DNA of 64,000 nt from Felis catus (GCF_018350175.1 NC_058368.1:234548001-234612000); one strand, 5' to 3'; numbered from the stretch's first letter, positions 25,010-38,654 are shown. The notes: generated from the sequence alone by a model not told the origin. Program-made: numbers and translations.

Positions 25010-25037
25010 ATTTTTTTAATGTTTATTTATTTATTTA

Positions 25038-25072
<35 letters not shown>

Positions 25073-25226
25073 AGGGGAGGGGCAGAGAGAGAGGGAGACA
25101 CAGAATCCGAATCAGGCTCCAGACTTTGAGCTGTCAGCACAGAGTCCAACGCGGGGCCTGAACTCACGAACCACAAGACCTGAGCCAAATTCGGACGCTT
25201 AACTGACTGAGCCACCTAGGTGCCCC
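25010..25226 (-). mobile_element. Can-SINE (SINEC_Fc)
   Basis: Diagnostic body with tataatat-like TSD on both sides. Confidence 0.92.
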
Positions 25227-25521
25227 TATAATATGCTTTTAAAGATTTATATTTATGTGGTTATAAATACAATCGATTATATAATATAATAATTAGAATA
25301 AAAATTCCATTTTAGTGCAGTCATAATATGCAAATATGATGTATATCATACAATATAATTTATATATCACATACATCCATACATGAATATGTTGTCGCAA
25401 GTGACATAATTAGCATAAGATGCTCTAAGCATATGTTCCCCAGTAGAAGGGCATTAGGCACAGCACCGGCACATGTTAGGAAGAAGGAAAACATAATTCC
25501 TGTTCTCAAGGACATTTAACA

Positions 25522-25740
25522 TTTTTTTAAATGTTTATTTACTTTTAAGAGTGAGAGTGACAGAGTGAGCAGGGGAGGGGCAGAGAGAGGGGCAGAGAGA
25601 GGGAGACACAGAATCCGAAGCAGGCTCCAGGCCCTGAGCTGTCAGCACAGAGCCCGACACAGGGCTCGAACCCGTAGACTGTAAGATCGTGACGTGAGCT
25701 GAAGTTGGACGCTCAACCGACTGAGCCACCCAGGTGCCCC
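25522..25740 (-). mobile_element. Can-SINE (SINEC_Fc), no visible TSD
   Basis: Diagnostic body ending gagccacccaggtgcccc. Confidence 0.92.
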
Positions 25741-26039
25741 AGTGATAGTGAAAGTCGTCCTACCCAGTAACCCTCCTCTCTCTTGTCTCCCGCACAGCAC
25801 TCACGACGGTTCTCAAAGGTAAGTGCCGGTCAAAATGTTTTTCTTTATATTTTGTATTTTGTTTACTTCGTATTATATGACAGCATTGTAATCATTTTTA
25901 TGTGACTAGTTTGGGGTTGTGGAACGGATCATCTGAGTTTCCATTCTTTCTTATGGGGAACTTCACTTTGATATACAAGTGCTTTGGATTACAAGCATGC
26001 TTCCGGAATGAATTATGCTCCCAAACCAAGGTTTTAGTG
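25741..26039. mobile_element. Tigger-like (TcMar) DNA transposon terminal fragment
   Basis: ttgtggaacggatcatctgagtttccatt...ttatggggaa...gattacaagcatgcttccggaatgaattatgctcccaaaccaaggttttagtg followed by TA. Resembles a Tigger-type TIR end from recall; exact family not identified. Confidence 0.6.
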
Positions 26040-26428
26040 TATCTTTGGGAGGCCCAATTCAACCTGTAACAGGTGAGAGAATCAAAATGGCACGCTTGTG
26101 TGGAAGGTGTCAAACCCCGAATGAAACCGTAAGAGAGGATGGTACTTATGGTGAGATGGTCTTGGGCGACCACGAGGGGACTCCGTTCTGTTAACTCGCT
26201 GGCGATCACCAGCCTCCCCGTGTGCCATTTCTGTCCCATGAAATACAGTCCGATTCCCGCGAGAGTGGTTTTCCACTTGTCAGTATGCCAGGAAGTCATG
26301 GACATAATGAAAATGGACAGAATATGCGGGTCCTGATTTGTGGGGCACAGCACACAGTCCGTCTTCCAAGTGGAGTTTTGGCGAGACTGGGGAGTGGGAA
26401 GGGGTCAAGGTGAGCAAGCCAAAATGAT

Positions 26429-26430
<2 letters not shown>

Positions 26431-26474
<44 letters not shown>
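26431..26474. repeat. (AG)n microsatellite
   Basis: Direct reading. Confidence 0.95.
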
Positions 26475-26479
<5 letters not shown>

Positions 26480-27179
26480 TCATCTGGAGTTCTGACTCAG
26501 CCACATGCTCCCGAGTCAGAGTCTGGGCCGCGTGCGGTCCTGCGGAAGCCCGTTCCCCTGAGGTTCGTGTGACGTTGCTCTTGCCCTGGCAGTGTCGTCA
26601 CCGAGATGACAGAGTGAGTTTGCCCGCAGGAGTTGCGCAGGGTCACTGCTCGCTTCGGAGGCAAGAAGTCCCTTATTTAGAAAAAAAAAAAAAAATGGAA
26701 AGCAATCAGATACAGGATCTCCAAAAGCATAGTAACGAGACTCAGAAAAATCACTCCGGAGCCGACGGGCCGCGCTTGTCCCCCTAAGTGGACAACACAA
26801 AATCGTGGAAGCCAGTTTCCCAACGACACGTTTGTGACATGCCAGGGCTTTCTGGTTTTCTCTAGGGTAGCGGTTGGGCTCTTAGATAGAAGAGCTAAGT
26901 GAACGCGCATTTACTTTAATTACAAGGATAAGGAGAGGCGGCTGGAGGCCGCAGGCCGGCCTGGGGAAGTGCGTGGCCTTGGGACCGGGTCAGACCCCCC
27001 AGCACCCCGCTGTGTGAGCCGCTTGTTTAAATGTCCTGTCCGCTACTTCCTCCAAGTGGGAGGAAATTCAGCCTGTTACTTGGCTGCGGAGAGATTACGT
27101 CGGAGGGTGTGTGCAAACAACTGTGCCGCAGCCTCATGACTGAAGCATCTCTGGAGGCCTCACCTCCTCACATCATCGG

Positions 27180-27467
27180 TGAGGGTTTCGTCTGTAACCT
27201 AGGAGTTTGCGGGAGGGGGCAGGCTCTGATCCAGCACACTTGTCCTCATAAAAGGGGGAAACGTGGACACCTGGTCAGGCACAGAGGGACACGCCGTGGG
27301 GAGAAGCCTGGACCAGACTCTTCCCTAGCGCCTCCGATGGGAGCATGGCCCTGCCGACACCTTGACCTCGGACTAATGACCTGCAGAGGCGGGAGCAGTG
27401 GGTTTCTACCGTCTCAGCTTCCCAGTTGCTGACACTCTGGGGTGGCAGCCCCGGGAAACGAACGCAC
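27180..27467 (+). mobile_element. MaLR LTR fragment (MLT1-like)
   Basis: gtcctcataaaagggggaaacgtggacac...ggagcatggccctgccgacaccttgacctcggact. Confidence 0.6.
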
Positions 27468-28246
27468 AGGGGCCGAGAAAGCAGGGAAGGGGGCGCGGAT
27501 TTGGCCCCCGTTACAAAGACGCGGGCTGTTTCCCCGGCTCGAGCCACATGGTGCCCCGTGCAAGCCAAGCGTCACTTCCCTGAACGCCACGGTCCTCAAG
27601 CCCCACTGAAGGCAGGGGCGGTCCACGCAAAGGGGCGCTTTTTAGCAGCTGCCTTGTTATTTCTCTATTAGATCTATAAAAAGACTAGAACATCTTGAAG
27701 ATCGGGAAAGCGTCTGGGTGCAGCATAGCCAAGGGGCCCCACCCCCCAAAGAAGCGTTCTGAACGCATCTCTGACATCACAGCCTGTAACAGTGTATAAT
27801 TATACGAGATATTATTAAATTGTAAAAGGCGGAGCAGGAAAAACATGGGCTTGGGAAGCTTGGTCTCCTGCGGCCGTAACCACAAGCCTCTCCGATGACT
27901 GACACTGTGTTTACAGAGAGAATGTCGCGGGGGCTCTCTCCTGCCATCACCGTAATGTGAGACCCGTCGGGAAACATGCCGAGGTGACAAGCTGGCATCG
28001 AAAAGAACATCATCTTATCTGAGCTAATGTTTTATTTGCATTAGGATGTGGTAAGATTAATTGTTCGGTTTTAATAAAGCTCACTGGAAACTTAATGATT
28101 CCTTCCTTCCTTCCCATTTCCTTCCATGACTCTCTTCTGGTGTCTGTAATATAATTATTCACAGGCTTCAGCTAATGATGGGTTTAGTTGAGCGAATCTG
28201 GGGTTTGGAAACATTGTGACTATGCAGAACCTGAAGCTGTGGAATA

Positions 28247-28446
28247 GCCGGTTTCTCGGCCTATTCTTGGGGGCAGGGTCACTGTGCGTGGACCTGGGCT
28301 GAGGGGGCTGTCCTGTGCGTCTAGCGGCATCCCTGTCCCCATCCACCAGAAGCCAGCAGCGACGTGCCCTTGGTCGGGACAACCAGGTGTTGCCAAGTGA
28401 CCCTTGCTTCGTAGGGGACAAGGTTGCCCCCGGTTGAGAACCCCTG
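28247..28446. mobile_element. MER20-like hAT DNA transposon
   Basis: gggggctgtcctgtgcg...gcggcatccctg...gcccccggttgagaacccctg terminus. Confidence 0.7.
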
Positions 28447-28699
28447 GTTATAGGGAGGGGATAAAGGATTGTACAAAAACAAGGCATTGAGGTCGAGTGT
28501 GAGTGAAATCCTAACACCCAGAGCCGGAGGGCCAGGCAAACCAACATGCCTGGGTAGTCCCGCTCTCCCAAGTCAGCCCTCTTGCTGATTGTCCCAGGTT
28601 TACTGGATAAAATCAGACACGTGGCTGCTGATAAGGCAGATATGAATGCTGAGTCGGTCTGCTCAGGCCGCCCTAACAGTTTCACAGACAAGGCAAGGG

Positions 28700-29024
28700 T
28701 CAGCCACAAAGGTTTATGTTCTCGCTGTTCTGGAGGCTGCAAGTCTGAGGTCCAAGCTGGTTTCCGCAGAGCCCTCTTTCCTCAGCTTGCGGACGGCTGC
28801 TGTCCTGCTGTGTCCTCACGCGGCCTTGCCTCCGTGTGCCGGGAGAGAGCTCTGGGGTCTCTTCCTCCTCCTGTAAGGACACCAGTCTTATTGGATTCGG
28901 CTCGCACCCTTACGACCTCATGTAACCTTAATCACCTCCGTGAAAGCCCCATCTCCAAATGCAGTCACGCTGGGGATTAGGGCAGCAACATATGAATTTG
29001 GGGAGACACAACTCAGTCCATACC
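28700..29024 (-). mobile_element. MaLR LTR (MLT1B-like)
   Basis: gttctggaggctgcaagtctgag...taaggacaccagtcttattggatt...aacatatgaatttggggagacacaactcagtccatacca. Confidence 0.8.
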
Positions 29025-30119
29025 AAATGCTAAGATTGCAATTCTGTCCAGAAAATTTCCGAGATGCAATCAACCACAGGCAATCAGGGGAAAGAGCCCA
29101 CCCTCTTTAAAGAAGGTCTGCTCCTTCTAACCCCCCTCCCCACCATGGTAGCATTTATCAAGATCTCGTTGGGGGATTTCTGACCCCTTCAACTGTGGCA
29201 CGTTCCCTGCTTTGTGTTCGACCCTCTGGAGCAAAAGGAATCCAAAATGGAACAAACCAGGCTTGACTAGCCCCACGCGTGCTGTGCAGCCAGTGCTCCT
29301 GAGAGGCAGCACCCCTTCCAGTGCCTGTGGGTGTCGAATTGCCCACCTTTCCGGAGAAGGCTGCGAAGGCGAGAGAAGGGACACACGCTCTGTTCTTTGC
29401 AGTAGGAGGAAATCACTGCTCATTCGAGGCCTCTGTCAGCCGCTGGGCCAAGCCCTGGGGGTACAAGAGGGGGCCACCTCGCTGGCTGAGTCCTCACCGG
29501 ACAGAGAGGAACTAAATCGCCCAGGAGTCAATGGCTGCAGACTCTTGAGTGACAAGGAGAAAAGTTCTATGGAGCCAGAAGGCCCTTGACCAGGGGTTTC
29601 GTTTCCCTTGGGGGAGGTCACAGAGGGCTTCCTGGAGGAAGGGACACAGTTGAGCTGAGATCCTTTTAAGTAAGATTTTGCACACTTGCTTTAGAAATGT
29701 AAATGGAGGCCTTGATTTCCTCTGGGTGATTCATATTTACCAGGGCATTTTAATTACAGTGAAACAGGCTACAGTAAAATGTAATTTGGGATTATTTATT
29801 TTAAAGATTTAATAAAATTGCCCTAATTATGAATGTCCCTGAATACAAACAGGGAACATTAAAAGGGAAAAGATGATACTTCTCCTCTTTATGGAAGCAC
29901 GATACCACCACGGAATGAGGTTTGCAGAGAGGTCGAGCCAGCGGCTGACATCGGGAAGGCGTTGCTCACAGGGGCCTTTGGTTTGCTGTGACCCAAAGTC
30001 CCAGGAGAGGTGTAAGAAGGGTCATTCAGGAAGGGTGGTCTGTGCACGGCAAAGAACCAAGCCATCCCAAAGTACTGGCAAGAGTGAACTCACCTTTAAC
30101 CCTGGACTGAATTCCCAGC

Positions 30120-30831
30120 TGACAATTCTGGTCACCAATTCCAATGTGTGAAGGTTCCCCACCACCAAGCAATCTGGGACACCAGCTGGATGTCCTGCAA
30201 CTCAGTTCTGACACTGTTGACCTGGAGACACCAATCACAAGGGGAAATGGTCTCCTGGGCTTCTGATGGCCCCGCTGCGGATTGCAGACTCCCACGACTG
30301 CTTCCTTGGGTTCCCCTGCTAGAGAGACTAGACAACTGGTTTATTGTAAAAAACACCTAACTCTGGAACAGCCAGCTATGCTTAAGAGATGCAGAGGACA
30401 GGTGAAGGGAAAGGACGGAGAGCTTCCCTGCCCTCTCCAGATGCTCCCCTCTCTCTAGACCTCCACGTGTTCATCAATCCAGAAACCCCCTGAACCCCAT
30501 CCTTTGGGGTTTTTACGGAGGCTTCAGTGCACAGGCAGGATTGATTAGATCATTGGCCGTTGGTGATTGAACTTGGTCTCCAGCCTCTTTCCCTTCCCCA
30601 GAGGTCAGGGGATGAGACTGGAAGTTCCAACCCTAGAATCATAGGGTTGGCTCTATTGACCACGGGGGCCCCATCCCTCTGGTGCTTTCCAGAAGGCACA
30701 TCATTAACATAACAAAAGACACCTTAATTGCTCTCAGCCTTTCAGGAAATGCCAAGGGTTTTAGGAGCTCTATGCCAGGAAAAGAGAAAAGACCAAAAAC
30801 CTATTTCCTGTTATAAAAATTACAATATCAC
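30120..30831 (-). mobile_element. ERVL-class solo LTR (MER21-like)
   Basis: ggacaccagctggatgtcct...gggtttttacggaggcttc...ttgattagatcattggccgttggtgattgaac...aagggttttaggagctctatgccagga. Confidence 0.7.
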
Positions 30832-30919
30832 CCCACCCCAATCCCATCTGTGAGATCATTCAATGCTTTGTTGGAGAGCAGCCCTGCCCAAATGAGAATG
30901 GAGTGTGGCTTCTTACCCC

Positions 30920-30959
30920 TTGATTCTTCACTTGGGTTGCACATTAGAATTACCTGAGA

Positions 30960-30990
<31 letters not shown>

Positions 30991-31470
30991 TTAAAAAGCA
31001 ATTTAGCAAGAATCTTGGAGACCTCACTAAATGATTCAGTGTGCAGCCAGAGCAGCGAACCCTGCTCTAGACTGATGCTCAGAGACCAACGAGTGTTTTG
31101 GACCTGGAAGACAGAGTGTTCCCCTAGTGCATGGAGTCGAAGAAAGACCGAGGCTCAGAGCTTCTGGATTGTTGTCACCCTTCACAGTCACCTGGAGGAG
31201 TGTTGAAAATCCCAGTGTCCGAGCCATATCCGATATTAACGGAATTATAACCTCTGGTGATAAAATGTGTTTTTGTTTTTGTTTTTTAACAGACAGCCCA
31301 TTTGAGGACCAAGGTTGTAGACTAGGGATTCTTGAACTTGATCAGGTCATTGTCACTGTCCCCACTCCTGAGTTCCAGTTCTCTGAGTCTGGGGGAGGGG
31401 CAAGAATGTGCATTTCTAGTGAATCCCCAGATGCCTCGGATGCTGTTGCATGACCTTGGAGAACTAAGTT
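30920..31470. mobile_element. MER5-like hAT fragments (with an (AAT)n run at 30960-30988)
   Basis: gcacattagaattacctgag and aagaatgtgcatttctagtgaatccccagatg motifs. Confidence 0.5.
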
Positions 31471-32709
31471 CCGGGTCAAGCTAGACCTCCTGGTCTCTTC
31501 AGCCTGGCTTTGAGCTGGTTCTGATTGGCCCCGACCAAGGAGCCCATAACCATCCAAGTGGATAGGTGTCCACAGTACCTCAGACTGGGTGGATGTATGG
31601 CCACCTGTGACCCCTGGTTAGTGGTTCCTCGGTGGTTTCAATCTGTCTTATCTGACATCAGTCGTGGGCTGTGACTGATGAGTGGCCAGAACCAACAGGA
31701 TGTCAGCCAGACGACCACCTTCCAGCCATTGGAACAGGCACGGCCAGTATGAGAGAAAGTCAAGCCTTTCAAAGCCAGTATGACTTACTCTGGATGTTTA
31801 TGGCTGATGTCACCTCCCCATCTCCCACCACACCCCTTTAGACATGCCGAGAAAATTAAACAAGGGTTAAGTTACTCAGGATAAGTAGAGATAAATTACT
31901 CAGCTGGTTAGTTTGACATTTAAAAAGCTATTTATAAAAATGATTATTTCTCAAGAAAATAAAAATAGGGAGAAACTCAAAATTGGCATTCTAGCCCAGG
32001 GAGATAATATTATGCAGAAGACATTTTGGGGTTTCCTTAGAACATATTTTGGGTTTATTCCGTGTTCTTTTTCATCACTGACATTCAGCTGTTCCTCAGG
32101 CACGAGTCCCCAATCTTAAAACTTTTTTTCACCTTGTCAATTAAAAAAAAAAAAAAGCCTATTTGTTCGTTGTTATGTCCCCATCTCCCTCGGCACTGGC
32201 TGCTTCCAGGGCTAGTTGGCTCCCCTCGGCTGTGCCCAGGCACCGGCCAGTGGAGGAGGAACAGGCATCTGAGTGTTCTGAGCGGGGGTGTTTCATGGCA
32301 TTACACGGGAAGTTACGTGCTGCTGCACAAATGGGGAAACTTATTTTAGCTCTCGATTCAAGTAGGAGGTGACTCTTCTCCCAAAATCTCCTCGCGCCCT
32401 CCCTCCATCCTGTGCCCCGTGTCTTGTCGCAATCTGTCAAGGGCATAGCCAGTGGGAATGTTCATCTTTCAAGGCGACCGCAGACATAGAATGCCCGGGG
32501 TAGGAGAGAGATTTGTAACATCACGTGGCTCCTTCCTGAGGTTCTCAAGTGAAGGCTGAGAGCCTCCGTGGCCAATAGGCGTGGGGCTACTGGGCAGTAA
32601 TGTCCTTCCAACCAGTCCAGACCACGTAATACGGTTCTCACTCCCGTCAAGACCCAATGAGACGCTATCCACCTTGATTTGGGGGCTCTTGTCAGTGCTT
32701 TGAGGATTC

Positions 32710-32966
32710 TTTTTTTTTAATGTTTATCTTTTTTAAGAGAGAGAGAGTGTGTGAGCAGGGGAGGGGCAGAGAGAGAGAGAGAGAGACAGACAGACAGTGT
32801 GTGGGTGGGGGAGGGGCAGGGAGAGTGGGAGACACAGAATCCAAAGCAGGCTCCAGGCTCTGAGCTGTCAGCACAGAGCCCAACACGGGGCTCGAACCCA
32901 CAAATGGTGAGATCATGACCTGAGCCGAAGTCAGACGCTTCACTGACTGAGCCACCTGGGCGTCCC
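32710..32966 (-). mobile_element. Can-SINE (SINEC_Fc) with partly duplicated GA/GGGGAGGGG segment
   Basis: Diagnostic body with degenerate gtgcttt TSD. Confidence 0.9.
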
Positions 32967-33384
32967 GGTGCTTTAGGGAGTCTTACCAGCGTCCATTCTG
33001 TATCATCCCCATTTGGTGTAAGCAGTGAGTATAGCCCATCGATATGTGGGCCAACATCCTTCACAGGTACCTTGATTGGGTTTCTAAGGTCCCGAGTTAA
33101 GGAGTCCTTCTGGGTTTGTTACACATGGGGACCTTACCTGGGGTGCTCCTGCTTGACTATTACACCCCGGCTGGTTTGCTGGGTTGCCTAACGACACTGT
33201 CTGTCTGTGTTACACCTAACGTGGCAGATCCACACGCACCTGGAAAGCAGGTATGATAGGCTGACCCCCATGGTCACGGCCCCTTCCTGCTCGTGCCAGA
33301 CTCTCCCTTTCCCTTGCCAGGAACACCGCAGTTCTGTATGCTAATGAGGATATTGCAAGATTCCAACCAGAATCTTTCTCTTTC

Positions 33385-34150
33385 ATAAATGTTTGATTTT
33401 GGCATAATTTTAGATTCACAGAAAAGCTGCAAATGTAGCACAGAGTCCCCACCCAGGGTCACGCAGGGCCAGCACGTGCAACGTCCTGAGAGCGAGCGCC
33501 TCCATAAATTTGCATCCAGATGCCTCTCTCACCTGCGCCTGGTCCCCGCCCCGTTCCTGTGTCCCCCTCACCCGGTCCGCCCTGATGCCATCCTGCATGG
33601 CCATGGTGTGTCGGAGATTCACGGCACCGCATTGCTGCCGACCAGACACCAGCCCTTGTTTGGATTTCCCAAGTTCCCCCACGCGTGACCTTTCTGTGGT
33701 CCAGGACCCTATCCCGGGAAGCACACTGCATGTAGCGCCCTGCCTCCCCAGGTTCTTCTGGTCTGTGATGGTTTCTCAGTCTTTGTCATTTTTGATGGTT
33801 TTGAGGAGTGTTATTCAGTGTTGTAGAATGCCCCACAATGTGGCTTCTCTGAGACTTTTCTCATGTTGACACAGGGGCTCAGGGACTTTTTGGAAAGAAT
33901 ACCAAGAAGGTGAAGTTCCCTTGGATGGCGTCGTATCAGGGGCACACGATGCGCACGTGACGTCACTGCGTGCGATCACTTTGACCGTTTGGTTCAGGTG
34001 GAGGGTCCGATGTCACGTTACTCACTCCTTTCTATCCTCTGTCTTTTGGAAGTGAGTCACGAGGTCAAGCCCACACTCCAGGGGGATAAGGGTGGTGGTA
34101 AGCTCACCGGCTGGAGGGGGAAGTATTTATGCATATCATTTGGAATTCTA
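33385..34150 (-). mobile_element. Old L1MC-like 3' UTR
   Basis: ataattttagattcacagaaaagctgcaaa...ttttgaggagtgttattcagtgttgtagaatgcccc...catatcatttggaattct. Confidence 0.7.
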
Positions 34151-37100
34151 CCTAGTCAGGGCCTTTCTGACATGTGAGTCCAACTGTTCCCTGAACTTAC
34201 CCCTTTGCAAACGACAGATGACAAAGCCATCGGTGACTCACACAACTCTCCATCAATAAGATTAATGACCACAATGGACTTTGGTATCGGTGTCCAGGGG
34301 GCCAGTGCCGTGGAGGTGACGTGGCGCTTATGCTGATGGGGTTTCTCGTGGAGGCTAGCAGGGGATTCGTGAGTCCAAGTGGATGGCCTGTTGACGTCAC
34401 CCCTTTTTGGAGAACTGCACTGACCAACCTGTGGATAAAGTGCCCCAGCCAGGGACCTACCTACCTCAAGGCCGGGGGACTGGGAACCTTCTCAACAATA
34501 CACAGCCGTAATTCACGGAGACATCACAAGACAGTTTCCTCCAGGAAGGCGTAACTGACAACCTTCTCTTCCAAAGCTATAATTAAAGAAGCACATGAGA
34601 AACATTATCTTTCCAATCCTGCATATTCAAACTTATCTGTCACACACATATTGTTAAGCTCCTCTTAGGTCTCGGTTGTCACTTTCAAATGACTGCTTGC
34701 GCAGATCGTTTATTATGTCTTAACCCTTGAGTGCTCTTTATGAACAGAGCCTATGTCTCTCAAGGGCTGTCCAGGTCCTGGGTGCGTGCGGGTGACCATC
34801 CAAACTCACTCGACGTTTTTATCAATTGTTTCGGTCACGCACGTTGGGAGCAATCGCATCGAAAACCCAACCTTCTCAGTGCATTTTTTTTCCTATTAAG
34901 TTTTCGCACGGGAATATCGACGGTGCTATCAACGGGCCAGGGTCCAGAAGTTATAAACTGAGCTCTGCCCTGGGAGCTTAGGACTTTGTTACTCTGACTT
35001 AAGATCTCTTGATGGAGCGGCCTTTTCTTGTGATCTTTACTTCCTGTTGAGCCTCTGGGGAGGAGACGAAGCACTTTGTACCTTTACGGGGTCCTGCGGG
35101 GCGTCTCGCAGGGGAAAAGGAAGCAAGGCGGGTACTTTCTTGGGAGAGTCCTCCCAGCACTGAACTGCCATTTGCTCTTGTCCCTGTTTGTCGCAAGGCG
35201 GTGATGTCCTGAGGTCAGGAGGGAGGGTTTGTGCCTCGATGCTCCTTGGGAGCTGGCGACATTTGGACATTCTGTCATCATATAACCCTAAAGAGACCGA
35301 CGCGGTGGGTCTGTTCCCTCCTGCTGGATCCACACTGCCAGTCTGGGCTAATATTGTTTTTTCAAGTCAGCCTGCTCTGGAATTGGAATATTGAGAGAAG
35401 TCCCTCTGAGATGTGGTCATGTGAAACCCTCAAAGGGGCCACCCTGATGGCGAGAAGAAACGCATCTGCCCAATGTCTGAAGTTAGAGTCCAGGGGCGGA
35501 GGGGCTTACTTATTTCATCCTCGGGACCTCACTATTCTCTTTTCCCGTTTTATGGGGGAGCTGGGGTGTAGCCTTCTTCCCTCCCACCTCAGTGACCGTG
35601 ACCGCTTTGTCCGGGAGACGGAGCAGAAAGGCAGCAGCCCGGGGGGGCGGGAGGGTGCAGGGCCGAGCCGGCTGGGAAATCTGTGCTCTGGATTTTATTG
35701 ATTCCGCCACCTGAAAACCCACGCCCTTCTTCCGCATGACCACTGGCTCCTTCCCAAGGGTTTTCTGGGCTGACGTTAAAGTAAATGCTCTTTTCTTTCC
35801 AGACCCACGTCCTTCTTGAAAACAGAATCCCGTGAAAACAGGTGGAAATGAAGGTCGGGGAGGGTTTACAAGATGCAGAGAACGCGTGGGGCCCGTCACT
35901 CTGGTGTCCCGGGCTCCTGCCTGCCTTTGCCGTTGTCGGTTGTCACGTTGCACCAGGTCACTGTCCAAAGAGCAGCTGGCTTTGGTTTGACCTGTGTTTT
36001 TCCAAGGAAGCCCTGGCTTCGAACAGGCATTCCTGTAACCACTGGCACCGTGAGGGAGCAGGACGCAGGTGCCACACTGCCTCTTTGGGAGTGTCCTCGC
36101 CAAGGACTGAGGTGGCCCCAGCGATGTGACCTCCAGGGGCGGGCCCCCAGCCCCAGGGAGCGGGCACGAGTTGTGTTTGTGCACGCCCTTTGTCACGGTC
36201 GGCGGTGAGGGGGGCTGAGGAATCGGGTTTATTACAAAGTTGATTACGCTGCTTTCGGTGCTGGTGCCACACACGTAAGTCACAGGTCAGCCTCAAATGC
36301 TGATGAGAATGTCCATGGGTCACACAGGAGGCTTTTTTTTTTTAATTGAACCTACTCACTTAAACAATGTTATCAATGTTATCCACTTGTGTTATGTAAC
36401 TGAACATGCGTATTAACACTTGCAGTATTTATAATTCGACGTCAACATCACAATTCGAGATAAAATATGACCCTGGGCTAGAGAAACACTGAAGCAGACG
36501 TGAATGCCTTCAAAAGATCTCTATGGCACTTGTCACGAGACATGCTGCGTTTTCAACCTTGGTGTGACCTGAAATACACTCAGCTCGTCGGTAAAGAACT
36601 CTGCAGGCCTCTGTTAAATGTTCTGCAGCCAGAGACACAGAGACTTTAAATGGCTTGTTTTGGAGCCACGTTCCAGAAATTTTTTTTTATTTGTGACATA
36701 GAAGCATGAAATCCTGAGGCTGTAACAATCCCTGGGCGTCTCCCCCGTCCCCTGCCCTGTGCCTCGTTTCACAAATGCACAACCCAAAGCCCAAAGGAAG
36801 GCAGGTGACTCACTGAGGCCACAGCTAACGAGGGTATTGGAAAGCACAGCAGTGGGGTCCCCATTTGTACAGGGAGCTGCTGGCCTCAGAAACGGCCTCT
36901 GGACGGTTTGGACCCCCCAGCTCCACTCCCAAACCCTGGAACTCTCAAAGATCCTTTTCTTTTACCTGGAAATTTCTCTCTCACAGTTTGTCAATACCCA
37001 GCCGCGTCCTAAGAATGTTGGGCAGAAATAAATCTGCCAAAAGGTCTGTTATCGCAAGCAGCTTTGCTCATTACCTTTCGCTAACGCAGTCCTGCTCTGA

Positions 37101-38594
37101 AACCACCTGTATCCGAATGGGACAATGGCAAGGTGCCCGGTGTCTGGAAATGGAACCTGATGTGTGCACACCAGATGGTTTGGGGAACAAATACTTGTCA
37201 TTGAGATTCTGCAGCCTGATGAACAGTGTTTTAAAACTCAACAAAATTTTCAACTCATTTGCAGAACAAATGCCCCATGTAAACGTGCACCACAGAGTTC
37301 CATGAAAATACTCCAAAGGAAGGGTAATCTCCCCAAATTAAATTAAATTAAATTATATCCTGGAAGCATTGTCTTTTTTCCCCAGCGTATATCACTGAAA
37401 ACCAAGTAGAGGAATGTTTGTAATAGAAGGTAGGATACATAAAGTGTCAGAATCTGGAGTGCATTTCTGAGAAAAGAGTATGAAAATAATAATTTCTCAG
37501 AGCAGTGGGGTTGAGGACATGCCCATCTTTAAGATCTTGGGAAGCACTCCAAGTTACTTATCACTACCAGAATAATGGCAAAAATCATTAATTAACATCC
37601 TCTCCCACCAGCTGGTTGTATGACCTTGGTGTTGCACTTTGGAAACTTCCTTGGGCTTCCTTTTCTTCATCTCTGAGATTAGAGCTTAAATCAGTGACTA
37701 CGGAGTCACTCCCATCTCTAAGATTGCACACCAGCAAGGAAAGCAGTCAGGTTTTACACATAATTTGAGGAATGTTGATATAAGGAAGCAAAGGAAGCCA
37801 TAAGTAGCAGAGAATGCGTTTGAGGACAGTCTACATCCCCATTTTGATATAATTAAAGAGTTCTGTTTCATTTGGGTTCAAATCTTTTCATGCTAAGAGT
37901 GCTGTGGTTTTCGTCCCCATCAGGGATCCCAGTGAGGTTTCAGCTGCATCGTGAGCCGGGAAATCCAGACGGGCTTGCGGGCCGGGCTTGAATTCCACTG
38001 GTTTTGTTAACTGCAGAGAAATATCTGATTCAATTTCCTCCCTCCTTACTGTAAGGGATGTTGACGTGGTTGCTGGACATGCCGTACTTTCGTAAGGGTC
38101 AGATCCTCCTCTGTCTCCCAGGAAGACTACCCCATCACAAAAAGAATTTATTTCCTAGTTAGCAACAATAACGACAGCACACATAAAACAAGTCTCCATT
38201 ACCTCATCGACATCCCTTTTTCCAAGTCGCATTATTTTCTGAAGACACTCACTGAAATGTCTGAAGAGAACTCCAGCTAGTTAGTCGTGGGAACTGGTTT
38301 CTCAAGCAGCAGACTCTGCCTTCTTGCATTTGGGGCCCATCCCCAGCATGAGGAAGTGCCCCCCATGTATAATGAGCTTCGAGGCAGCTTTGTACTTAAT
38401 TGGGAATGGGTGAGTAGGGACCAAGTGATGTGGCAGCCTCTGCCAGTTGCTAGAAAGACCAAGGCAGATGAACAGGAAAAGGAAGAAACAGCAAAAGACA
38501 TACATGAAAGCAAACAGAGATAATACAAGGAATAAAAGAACACTTCTTTGTGTGTGAAGAGAAACGCCCCCACCATTTTGTATGCTCATAGATT

Positions 38595-38596
<2 letters not shown>

Positions 38597-38647
<51 letters not shown>

Positions 38648-38654
38648 TATATAT
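38597..38654. repeat. Compound (AT)n(AC)n microsatellite
   Basis: Direct reading. Confidence 0.95.

Noticed and set aside
26647..26658. tgctcgcttcgg, a 12-nt match to the U6 5' end
   Set aside because: Similarity fades within a few bases and there is no tail or TSD, so it is probably chance.
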